Part shown: positions 1-10,803 of the stretch, one piece after another | How positions within the stretch are numbered: position 1 is the stretch's first letter | Layout: every line of letters starts with the position of its first letter | Source of the DNA: Pristiophorus japonicus | Lineage: Eukaryota | Reading direction: 5' to 3' | Assembly (NCBI RefSeq): GCF_044704955.1 | Contig: NC_091994.1 | Location: 47,616,001 to 47,680,000, forward strand | DNA: 64,000 nucleotides | Made by a program: the position numbers and the translations under genes | Notes under the pieces: model-generated | Seen by the model: the letters and a program-made list of their open reading frames with translations, nothing else | Told to the model about the DNA's origin: nothing | The model's database searches: none

Positions 1-113
1 GCAGTGACAGGAGTTCCTTCACTCTCAAAAGCATCCATTAATAACAGTAGATCTGCAGGTTGAAGCGTCTCCATATCAGGTGTGGGCAAAGGCAGACGAC
101 TCAGTGCACCGGC
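1..113 (-). mobile_element. Gypsy element A copy 1, pol fragment left of the provirus insertion
   Basis: Near-identical to 40917-41029 of the uninterrupted paralog. It encodes the ALSRLPLP..PQPADLLLV region on the minus strand. Confidence 0.9.
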
Positions 114-1413
114 TGTAGGGGAGGATGAAAACCGGTCATTTTACCAAGAAGGAAAAGGGTTGTGGGATCGGTCTGTGCTGTGAATTGAAACCAAGACGGT
201 TTGACCTTGGCAGAGCAGTGATTGGACAGGGAAGGACACCGGAGGGCCAATGGTGGGACAGAGTCAGCCCGAAGCATGCGGCTTTCAATCCAATGGGAGA
301 GCAGTTGCTTGAAAACTGTGGGACTCATAGCCATTATCGGGCTATTGTCTTCCCCATGTTTACATTATGGAAGTAAATTATGCAGTCCTTCAGAAAACTA
401 GGGAACCCAAAACAAACCAAAGGCCTACACAATGGCTACAGGAGGCCAACCCAATTAACACCTACTCAAACCTTGAGTAGGTTAGAAAAACTGAATTGGA
501 GGAAAATTATGCAGACCTTCAGAAACCAGGGAACCCAAAACAACCCAAGGGCCTACACAATGGCTACAGGAGGCCAGCACAATCAATACCCACTCAAACC
601 TTGAGTAGGTTAACATCAGTGGAAAAAACCCGCAATAATCTAAAAGGGCTGCTTTTTCAAAATCACAAAGCCCACCAATGGGAAGAATCGATTTCAGCAG
701 GAGAGGCGGACTGGATAATCTGGCTATAAAAAGTGGTTTCTGACGTATTGTGGGTAGTTCCCTGCTCTCATGATCCAACAACCAGCAAGCCTCTCGACAC
801 TCAAGGAAAACCAGTGTCCGAAGACACCGAAGATAGAAGAAACAAACCACCAGACTGCAGAAGGCACAGTAGTGAGTATAACCTCTGGTCCCCGGAACTC
901 CCAACTCAGTTAGGCCAGGAAAGGTGGGAGGTTGGGCATTGTACTGCTAAACTTGTGTAAAGATTTTTGTTGTGTCCGTTTAGTGGGATTTGGGGGATTG
1001 TTTTGTTGGTGTATTGCTGTTTGTTGAGATACACCTTGTCAAATAAATTGGAAGCCTAAGTTCCTCTTGGAATCACCTTGTCTCAGTTATATTGTATTAC
1101 ATCTCCTGATCGTGAGTCTTATGTCAGAACAGTGTAAGGGAAGCTAGGAGTGCCTCGAAAATGCTCAACTGTGTGTCACAGGCTCGGGAAGAAGGGGTTA
1201 GGAGTGTTTGACACTCACAGGTGCCTCACAGGCTAGGCATAAGCTGTGGGGATGCACGAGTCTCAAAACCCCCTTCATAAGCTGTGGACACAGTCTCTCC
1301 AGGGGTGCTCTTGCAGCACTCAGGGTCTCTCACAGGCCAGGCATAAGCTGTGAGGGCAGAAGCCCAGAGAGAGACACCCAAGGCACAACAACACTCGCTG
1401 AGAACCCCTTACA
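114..1413 (+). repeat. Provirus 5' LTR
   Basis: TGTAGGGG...CCCCTTACA inverted termini; TATAAAA at about 725; AATAAA at about 1042; internal ~128-bp tandem duplication (about 369-612); repeated at 9545 and 29673. Confidence 0.93.
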
Positions 1414-1418
1414 GAACA

Positions 1419-1436
1419 TGGTGAACGCCGCAGGAC
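1419..1436 (+). promoter_or_regulatory. Putative primer-binding site
   Basis: TGGTGAACGCCGCAGGAC lies 5 nt after the LTR end. The cognate tRNA was not identified. Confidence 0.5.
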
Positions 1437-1492
1437 ATAAGCAAACAGGAGATGTTAATATAACAGATGAGGTGATAAGAGAGGAAACTAAA

Positions 1493-3300
1493 ATGGAGGA
1501 GAGAATTTCCTCATACATTTTTGGCAAGGTGAACCTCACCAAACCTTGGGTGCAAGCCCTCACACGGGCAGAGCGCCCAGTGGATGCTTCTGCCCAGTGG
1601 ACAGCAGGGAAGGACCACAACTGCAGGGTGGAAAAGGCCATCTGGCTTATCTGCTTCACCCGCCAAGTCCGAAAGCTCGACCAGCGGGTGAAGGACTTGG
1701 AACAGAGTCTTCAGAAATCAGAGGAGCTCTCTGCTATCCGGGCTGCGGTTGGGGACAACCTGCTGGCCGAATTAGCTGTGGAGCAGCAAGGGAAGAGGCA
1801 GTTGGAGGAGACCTTCCGAAATAGCCGGGACTATCTTCAGTGTCAGGTCACTGAGGCCAAGGGTAGTGAGGGGTCCATCTGGGAACAGAACTCTCGGTAC
1901 ACCCAGAAAATTTGGGAACCAGAGAATAAATTAAAAGACGTACAGGCAGCCTATAAAGTGGCCAGTAGCAGTGAGTTTGCAGATGACGGTCCCTGCCAGG
2001 AGAGGATTAAAACTCTCACCCATGCTCTATCCCAGGCAAAGGGAATGGATGCCCTGATAGGACCTGGAGGGTCCACAGGGGACAAAGGAGAGTATTGGGG
2101 GGTAGAGGAGAATCCAAAGGCAAGAGACGCCTGACCACCTCCTGAGGCACCGGTGGTTTGTCCGGTGGGGTACCAGGAGGAGCGGGGCTCGCAGATAGTA
2201 GCATACCCAGGGCTGGGGGCAGGACCAATGTGTCCCGCTCGGCAGCAGGGATGTGAGGCTCCCGCCGAGGGTCAGTTAAGGGCTGGATCAGGCGACTAGG
2301 CACTGTCTGCTGCACCGGGTATGGTGGGACAGCCGGAGGTAGAGGGGCCAGCGCAGAAAGATCCTGAACCAGGGCGGATGTGCCCGGTCAGGCAGCGCAA
2401 GTACGGTCCTCCACAGGGAGGTGGTCAAGGTCAGGGAGCGCTGGAGAGCTACTTTATTATTTCCCATGGAGTTCAATCACTCAGGGCTATGGTGGCCCAT
2501 TTGGCCAAAGTCACTCGCAGCGGGGACCACTTCATGGAGGTGATGCAGGCAGGGGAAATTAATGGGTGCGACGAGGAAGAGACAGCCAAGCTGCTGCTCT
2601 TCTCTCTGGACAGCAAATTGTACCAGGCCCTGCCAGCAGAATGTCGGAGGGGGCAGCGCACATTTACTGAGGTCCAGAGGGCCGTCCTTGAGGCTATGGG
2701 CTTCGATGACGGCAGTCCTTTCGAACGGGTCGAAAGGACAAGGCAGCTCGCAGGGGAAACCCCGCAGGCGTTTGCGGACAGGCTGTGGGTGGTATACCAC
2801 GCAGCCTGTGGGGAGCTCCTCGACCGGGTGAATCTTTCCGTGGTACAGACTGGCCGCTGGCTGAGGATGCTCAAGGCCAGGGCAGAACTGTGGTTCGATT
2901 CCCAGGACCCCAACCTCACCGAGGAAGCACTGGTCAGGCAACTGGCACTGGCCCAACAGAATGGAGGAGGGGAGGAGGAGAAAACCTCCAAAGGTCGGGT
3001 AAATGAAGTAAAACCCAACTCGATTCCCAAAAGGGAATGGCACCAGGAGGGCGGCTGCTCGATTGATAAGGAGGGAGTGTGCTATGGGTGTGGGAAAGCT
3101 GGGCATTTTAAAAGGGATTGCAGGAGCCCAGTAAAGAGATATGGGGGGAGAAGTCCTTTAGGAGCCGCCCAGAGTGGGGGAAGTGGAGCGAGCTCCTCAC
3201 GATCCTTGACGAGATAGTAGCTGCAGTGAGGACAGCGCTGGAGGGGACTGGGAAGGTAGCCACGGCAACAGGCAGGGAAGCACCAGCAATCCTGCCGTGA
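1493..3300 (+). pseudogene. gag: gag: N-terminal coiled coil, capsid-like region, CCHC zinc knuckle
   Basis: ORFs 1208-2134 and 2321-3217 are in one frame, broken by stops at 2132 and about 2297. CYGCGKAGHFKRDC knuckle. A frameshift near 3195 leads to TGA at 3298-3300. Confidence 0.85.
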
Positions 3301-6300
3301 CTAGCCCAGACCCAGCCTGCATACCTGTGCCCACTAGAATACGACCCCTGGGGACGACCCTGGGTCAAGATGGAGGTTGAGGGTGTATTGGGTACTTACC
3401 TTTTGGACACTGGTGCTTCCAGCACGATAGTCCATTCGGAGGACCCCGCAACCTCACCTCTATCAAACGGGGTGCCGTATCAACTAGTTGGGTTGACAGG
3501 AAATAAGAAGGCTGGGTTTTTCTCAGTCCCGCTCGCAGTTCGTTTAGGAGCATTCCAAACACAATGGAAGTGCGTCCTGATGAACTGGGAGCAGGTGGGA
3601 AAAGGGATCTTGGGGGCTGATTTCATCATTGCTCGCCAGATCCTAGTAGACTTGAGGAATCACTGTCTATGGGGCACAGTGGGCACGGGAGCAGAGGGAG
3701 AAGTCATGGTTATTGATAAGAAACAGGGAAAAGGGACTCTGTGTACAATGAAGCCAAAAGTGGGTTACGACCTGGAGGTTCTGGTTGGTAACACGCCGGC
3801 CGAGTACCGGGCCTATGTGCAAGCAAATCTTGCAGCATTTGCCACCCATAAACACGATTGTGGGAGAGTCACAGGAGTGGAGGTTAGAATAGATGGGGAT
3901 CCCATGTCCCGCCCGCAAAAGCAGTATGGCTTTCCCCGAGAGGCAGAAGCAGACTTGGAGACAGCTTTAAGCTCACTTGTCGAGCAGGGTGTTTTGAGAC
4001 CCATAGCCACCCATGTCAACTCCCCGCTTTGGCCGGTTAGGAAACCGGACAATTCTTGGAGGGCTACGGTGGATTATAGGTTGCTCAATAAAAACATCCC
4101 AGCTTGTGCTCCCACAGTAGCGGCGGTTGCGGATCTGATAGGGGAAATCCCTGCATCCGCAACCACGTTCATAGTGTTGGACATATCCAACGGGTTCTGG
4201 TCTATCTCTGTATGGAGGGAAGACCAGTACAAGTTTGCCTTCACCTTCCGGGAACAGCAGTATACATGGAGCTGCCTCCCACAGGGCTTTCATAATAGTC
4301 CCAGCATCTTTCACCAATGCATGGCGAACTGCTTAAAAGGCTTCAGCCAACCACACCAGCTGATCCAGTATGTGGACGACCTGTTGTTGTTCACAGACAG
4401 CAGTGAGGAACACGGTCCACTGCTGGCCGAACTGCTGGTCTTACTGAAGGAAGGGGGTTTTAAAGTTAACCCCAAGAAAGCCCAGATAGGTCTAGGAGAG
4501 GTAAAATTACTGGGCCTGACGATAAGGGAAGGAGAAAGGGCCATTGATGAGGCTAGAAGAAAGGCAGTGCAGGAATTCCCTGTTCCAAGGGATGTGTTGG
4601 GAGTAAGGTCTTTCCTGGGAATCACTGGCTACTGTAGGGACTTCATCGAGGACTATGCAGCCACTGCCGCCCCTCTGCTCAGACTCCTACATAAGGAGGT
4701 CGAGTGGGAATGGGGCGAGGGCTGTGAGGCAGCATTTGTCCATCTTAAGAGAGACCTGCAGGTAGCACCAGCCCTACGGGCAATTGATGGGGGGGAGGAA
4801 TTCTTCCTGGAGGTGGCAGCCAGTGGCGACAGCTTAAGTGCAGTGTTGCTCCAGGAGCGAAACGGTCAGCTGAGACCAGTGGTGTACTCCTCCAGGGTCC
4901 TCACGGAGGTAGAAAAGGGATAGTCCAATTGTGAGAGGCACTTTCTTGCCACCCATTGGGCAGTAAAGAGAGCTCAGATCTTTACCGGAATATCCCCCAT
5001 TACACTCCTCACCCATCATACCCCGTCGCAGATGCTGTTGGACGGGAGGATTAAGGACGGGACAGTAAGCAGTGCTAGAATCACTCGCTGGACCCTCCTC
5101 CTCTCTCAAATGACTTTAAAGGTCAAGGGCCTCTGCGAGCCCAGGCTCGCAGCAAATTTAATCTATCCAGGGCAGCCGCATTGATGCTCTGTGGAGGGGG
5201 TATGGGACATCAACTTTAGATTTCGTGCAGGGATACACCCCACAGGCCGCGAGATCTACGTTGATGGCTCCAGTTCAGTGTCCGCGGGTACAAGACTCAT
5301 GGGCTGCGGAGTTTGGGATCCCAAGGCAGGGATTGCCTTGGCTCTTAAACTTCCATGCACCCTGAGCGCCCAGCAGGCGGAACTCTCGGCGGTGATGTAT
5401 GTGGTCACACACCCCGAGGAATTCCCTACTCCATACACGATTTGCTCGGACAGCATGTTCACTTGCAATTCGTGTACAGCATATCTGGCGATTTGGTCAC
5501 GCCGGGGGTACACCTCTGCGGATGGGAAGCCCCTTGTGACCAAACCCCTGCTAGAAAAGATTGTGGCTGCAGTGGGAGAAAGTGGGGATGTATATATCCA
5601 TAAGGTAAAGGCCCACTCCAAAACTGAGCCACGGGGGGAAGGTAACCAGCAGGCAGACCTGCTGGCAAGTGAAGGTGCTCGTTCAGGTCGCCCATGGGAC
5701 CCATACGAGGTAGGCAGGATAACAGCAGCAAGAAGCAAGCCAGGGATACAAGGGAGCGTAGGGGCGGCTGCGGCCTCGGATCTTAAAGTAGTCCAGATGC
5801 AGGATCCGGTCCTGAAGGCTGCCTTGGCTGCTATCAAAAAGGGGGAAAAGGCGGAGGGCCCATACAGTGCTGCAGATATTGCTGTGCGGGAAGGCATGCT
5901 GTTTAAAGGGAACAAATGGATAGTGCCATCACAACACCGGAGGGAATTCCTTCAGCTGGCCCATGAGGGTCCAAGTGCGGGAAACCTGGGCCGGAATCTA
6001 CCTGGCAACAGATAGAAAAGGCAGGTTGGTGGCCAGGCCTCCAGGAAGATGTCCGCAACTTCTGTGCGGGCTGTCTGGTTTGCGCTGCAAACAACCCAGA
6101 CCCTCAGAAAAGGAAGGTGTCTATGGGACACGTCAGGCGGGTGGAGGGACCGTGGCAGTCGATCCAGATCGACTACATCGGACCCCTATCGGCCGCCCAG
6201 GGAGGTTATAAATACTGCCTCGTCCTGGTGGGTTTTCCAAGTGGGTGGAAGCCTTCCCTTGCCGAACAGCTACCACGGTGGGGACTGCAAAAATCCTGGT

Positions 6301-7066
6301 GAGGGAGGTGTTCTCTTGGTGGGGTCTACCTCAAATCGTGGAGTCCGACCGGGGAAGCCACTTCACCGGCCAGGTGATGCAGGCCACCCTAAAGGTGCTG
6401 GAGATAGGAACCAAATGGCATGTTGCCTACAATCCTCAGTCCTCAGGCCCCGTAGAACGCCTGAACTGGACCCTAAAGGAAAGGCTGCGCAAGGAGACGG
6501 GAGACTCAACGAACAAGTGGGTGGAGGTCTTACTGTTGGTCCTCATGGGAATCCGGGCCAGTCAGTTAAAGAGCACAGGGTACTCACCCCATGAGCTGAT
6601 GATGGGCCGGATCATGAGAACCTCAGTGCATGTGTTGGCGCCGGTTCTCACCGAAGGGCAGCTTCGAGAGGTGAACCGGGACCACTTCGTCAGGAATCTG
6701 TTTGAACAGCTTCAACAGATTCACTGGCAGGCGGCCAACAACATGGGTAAACAGCACCGTGCCAATCGGCTGCTGCTGGAACCCTGCAGTCACCATGATT
6801 GGGAGGTGGGCGACCAGGTGATGGTGAGAAGCTTCGCCTGGGTCGGGGTATTTGAACCACTGTATATGGGACCATACAGCATAGTCGACAAGGCTAGCCC
6901 TATGGTCTATGCGGTTCAATTGCCTCGCCGGGTGAAGTGGTATCACATTCATCAGTGTAAATTGTTTGACCCCAAAAGAGATAAAAAACAGAGGGGACGA
7001 GCAAGGGAAGGGAATCAGGCACTGGGAGAAGAACAGGCCCCGGTGGATTTGGAGGCTCCGCAGTAG
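3301..7066 (+). pseudogene. pol: pro-pol: protease, RT, tether (degenerate RNase H), RNase H, integrase
   Basis: Motifs: LLDTGAS; LDISNGF, LPQGF, YVDD; FFLEVAAS..RPVVYSSR; IYVDGS, QAELSAV, SDS, HKVKAH, GNQQAD; CAGCLVC, QIDYIGP, SDRGSHF, VERLN, GPY. Stops at 4921 and 5183; frameshifts near 5985 and 6230. An RRSNRV-type tail may extend to about 7348 through another stop. Confidence 0.93.
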
Positions 7067-7754
7067 GCAGCGGGCCCCGAAGCTCTACAGCCGGGGCTGG
7101 TTCATTGCTCCAGTAAGGCTATCCCACCACTGGGTAGAGGTTCCCAGCCCACTAACAGAAGGAGGGAGAAAGGCTCTACCATTAGCAAGGTCCAAGGGGA
7201 AGCTGAACCTCCCATGGTGGATCAGCTGGGGCTAGCCCAAGAGGTGGAGGAGATAGCATTGCAGCCCATAACGTGGGACTCTGCACCGACAGTAAGGAGG
7301 AGTAACAGAGTGCCACAGCCAGGGCGCCATGGCACACTGTTTACTTAGCTCCCCGCCCCAGACCGAGAAGGCGAAAGACAACAGGGAGGGTGCTCTGTTG
7401 CGTTAGAAAGGATCTCCCACCGATTATCCGGGGCTCGGGAGGGCCTTGGAGGGCAGCACCAGATCTATTAAGGGGGACTATACGAGCCCCTCAGCGGAGG
7501 GCATCCTAGTCCCCAGGGTACGGTCAGCTGAGTGGTCGACGACGCCTGTACAGTGACAGGATGTAGCCTGGCCACCCGGGGACGGGTGGCGGTGTATTTA
7601 TTTTGCCTTCCTGTTTTGTTACTTTGTGTTGTGTGCAGATGTGTTTAGGTAAGGCAGTGACGGTTGGGTTCAGCATTTTATGTTCGGAACATGTTAAGTG
7701 GGCCGAGCCTGGAGAGGTCTCTCAAGGCAAGACCATGTTCTTCTTGCCTTTCAG

Positions 7755-9165
7755 ATGTCAACACCTCCCTACTGGACGTTAGTGATGCTGGTATCGCTAA
7801 GGATCTGCACCGGGCACCGAGGGGACACTGAGGACTCCCTGGTTTTCGGATGCTCTGGGGGCAGAGCGCCGACAGTGACCACAGGAGAAGGGACTCCGGC
7901 GGCGGATGGCCGGGTCACCTACTCCCACGAGGGGAGATGGCCTGGGTGGTTGAGATCGAACTCCACCAAGTACTCCAACCATAAGGACTTTACCTACGGA
8001 GAGGCCTCCATCCCCTGCCCGGAGATCACTGTAGCCATTTCCAGAGTGAGAGTGACAGAAGGCAGGAAGGTGTACCTAACTTGCCAAGGGGACATACCTC
8101 TGGGACGGTGGTGGTGGCTCAGAAAGCTCAAGAGGGACGTGGGAGACCGATACTCGGACTGGGAACGTCTGGATAATGATACCTACCGAACCATCATGGT
8201 GTCATCTGGCGGGGTCACAGTGTGCGTGGAGAAATGGTGGGCATACGACCAAGGAATTTATTTGTGTATGTGGGGATCCACTCGCGTGTGTTCAGAGGGG
8301 GTCTCCATTGCTTTCTATAGGTGGTGGTCAGGATATCTGTGATGGGGGCGTCCTCAAAACCTCTGTACCAAGTGGAGAATGTGGGAGTCATTCGTGGAGG
8401 GGTGCATGTTCGATTCCAAGAGGTCCCACCTTATGTCACAATGTGGGAGCACACTGTGACAAGTACAGACCTCTCGGGATGTCGGAGCAGGGGAACACAG
8501 GTAATCCTGTGCACCCAACACTTGAACGCTTTTGCAAGGTCACAATGCGGGTTCAGCACTGCCGGGGCAGAGCCTATCAATTGCACAATGGAGGTAATGG
8601 CCCCTAACAACATGCCTCCACAGGAGCATATGTAGGCGGTGGGACATATTGTGTCACCACAAGTGCCCAACGGTATGAACACGGACCGGGAAGGTGGTGT
8701 CCAATACCGTACAGCAGCTTTTGCTTTAAACCCAGGGCAGAGGTTCAGGTGGCACACACTAGAATCACACCCATCCCTGAACCTTCCACGATTCACCTCA
8801 CGGTACAAATCAACCTCAGCTACCTACAACAATATGTCGCCCATTTTGGCTATCCCATTGCCCCACAACCTGAGAAACTTACAGCCCTCCTCCAGGCAGT
8901 GGATTTGTCTCAAAAACATTTTTACACCATGAAGCAGAAAACTGAAATTCTAGCAGGGGAGATTGCCCAGATTAAACCCCCAGCATGGTGGGATTTGGGG
9001 ATACGGGCAGACATAGCTGCGTGGATCCGGGTGGGATCGCATGCTTTAGTAATCGGCCAACTCCTGATTGTAGCATATCTGCTAGTTACAAGCTGTAAGC
9101 TCAGGAGAAAAAGAAAAAGAAAGCAGTTCCTCAGGCTACTACACAGACAGGAGAGCCATTGCTAA
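7755..9165 (+). pseudogene. env-position type I membrane protein: signal peptide, Ig-superfamily domain, F-glycoprotein-like Cys-rich region, helical stalk, TM, basic tail (two frameshifts)
   Basis: TTCTTCTTGCCTTTCAG|ATG acceptor; leader MSTPPYWTLVMLVSLRICTG; VTEGRKVYLTC..W..DQGIYLC. Frames join near 8320 and 8622. TM ALVIGQLLIVAYLLVTSC is followed by KLRRKRKRK. Confidence 0.8.
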
Positions 9166-9544
9166 ACACTCAAGGCGTGTAAACAAAGCTTGACCGCGAC
9201 ACTTAGGCGGTTTTTGTTATTCCCAGGGATGACTGCGTTTTCATACATGGCCCCTGGGGAGTTTGCAGGGCAGGTTTCTTTGTTTTACGGTTAAGACTGA
9301 AATGAGACTCAATGTACAATTACTGCTGTAACCTTAAGTACATATATGTATATTGCTGTCGATAATTGTAACCTGTTGGAATCTGTGTTTTGTACCGCGT
9401 TAAAAGGAATTACGATATATATCGACGGGATCAGTTTAGAGTTAAACTGGGGAAAGTTAGGCAATTGGGGAGACCTAGGGTTTCCTCACCACCCTGAACT
9501 TTGACACACTTAAGTGGTGTCTGACTGTGTCAGATGGGGGATTA

Positions 9545-10803
9545 TTTCGGGGAGGAAGGAAAAGGGCTGTGGGATCGTTCTGTGCTGTGAATTGAAACCA
9601 AGACGGTTTGACCTTGGCAGAGCAGTGATTGGACGGGGGAGGACACCGGAGGGCCAATGGTGGGACAGAGTCAGCCCAAAGCACGGGGCTTTCAAGCCAA
9701 TGGGAGAGCACTTGCTCGAAAACTGTGGGACTTATAGCCATTATCGGGCTATTGTCTTCCCCATGTTTACACTATGGAAGGAAATTATGCAGACCTTCAG
9801 AAAACTAGGGAACCCAAAACAAACCAAGGGTCTACACAATGGCTACAGGAGGCCAACCCAATTAACACCTACTCAAACCTTGAGTAGGTTAGAAAAACTG
9901 AATTGGAGGAAAATTATGCAGACCTTCAGAAACCAGGGAACCCAAAACAACCCAAGGGCCTACACAATGGCTACAGGAGGCCAACGCAATCAATACCCAC
10001 TCAAACCTTGAGTAGGTTAACATCAGTGGAAAAAACCCGCAATAATCTAAAACGGCTGCATTTTTCAAAATCACGAAGCCCACCAATGGGAAGAATCGAT
10101 TTTAGCAGGAGAGGCGGACTAGATAATCTGGCTATAAAAAGGGGTTTCTGATGTAGTGTGGGTGGTTCCCTGCTCTTGTGATCCAACAACCAGCAAGCCT
10201 CTCGACACTGAAGGAAAACCAGTGTCCGAAGACACCGAAGATAGAAGAAACAAACCACCAGACTTGCAGAAGGCACAGTAGTGAGTATAACCTCTGGTCC
10301 CCGGAACTCCCAACTCAGTTAGGTCAGGAAAGGTGGGAGGTTGGGCATTGTACTGCTGAACTTGTGTAAAGATTTTCGTTGTGTCCGTTTAGTGGGATTT
10401 AGGGGCATTGTTTTGTTGGTGTATTGCTGTTTGTTGAGATACACCTTGTCAAATAAATTGGAAGCCTAAGTTCCTCTTGGAATCACCTTGTCTCAGTTCT
10501 ATTGTATTACATCTCCTGATCGTGAGTCTTATGTCAGAACAGTGTAAGGGAAGCTAGGAGTGCCTCGCAAATGCTCAACTGTGTGTCACAGGTTAGGGAA
10601 GAAGGGGTTAGGAGTGTTTGACACTCATAGGTGCCTCACAGGCTAGGCATAAGCTGTGGGGACGCACGAGTCTCAAAACCCCCTTCATAAGCTGTGGACA
10701 GAGTCTCTCCAGGGGTGCTCTTGCAGCACTCAGGGTCTCTCACAGGCCAGGCATAAGCTGTGAGGGCAAAAGCCCAGAGAGAGACACCCAAGGCACAACA
10801 ACA
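9545..10803 (+). repeat. Provirus 3' LTR (both ends damaged), preceded by a short purine tract AGATGGGGGA
   Basis: Direct repeat of 114-1393, with about 14 mismatches in the first ~245 aligned nt by hand count. About 25 bp are deleted near the start and the last ~20 bp are missing. Confidence 0.92.

Larger units (their letters stand above)
114..10803 (+). mobile_element. Endogenous retrovirus-like provirus (lokiretrovirus-like), LTR-gag-pro-pol-env-LTR, decayed
   Basis: Two 1.3-kb direct repeats flank gag (CCHC), protease (LLDTGAS), RT (YVDD), tether plus RNase H, integrase and an env-position ORF. It is inserted antisense into Gypsy A. Confidence 0.92.

Noticed and set aside
101-960. Short ORFs inside the LTRs (also 9475-10369 and 29640-30673)
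   Set aside because: Starts and stops differ among the three LTR copies and no protein motif is visible.
2473-5915. Antisense ORFs over gag and pol
   Set aside because: Shadow ORFs of GC-rich coding sequence with no independent motifs.
8118-8140. RKLKR as a furin site
   Set aside because: It does not fit R-X-K/R-R and is followed by polar DVGDRY, not a fusion peptide.
8025-8340. Idea that the env Ig domain was captured from the neighbouring IgL V
   Set aside because: There is no recognisable similarity beyond the generic Cys/Trp/DxGxYxC signature, and no RSS, so proximity is probably coincidental.
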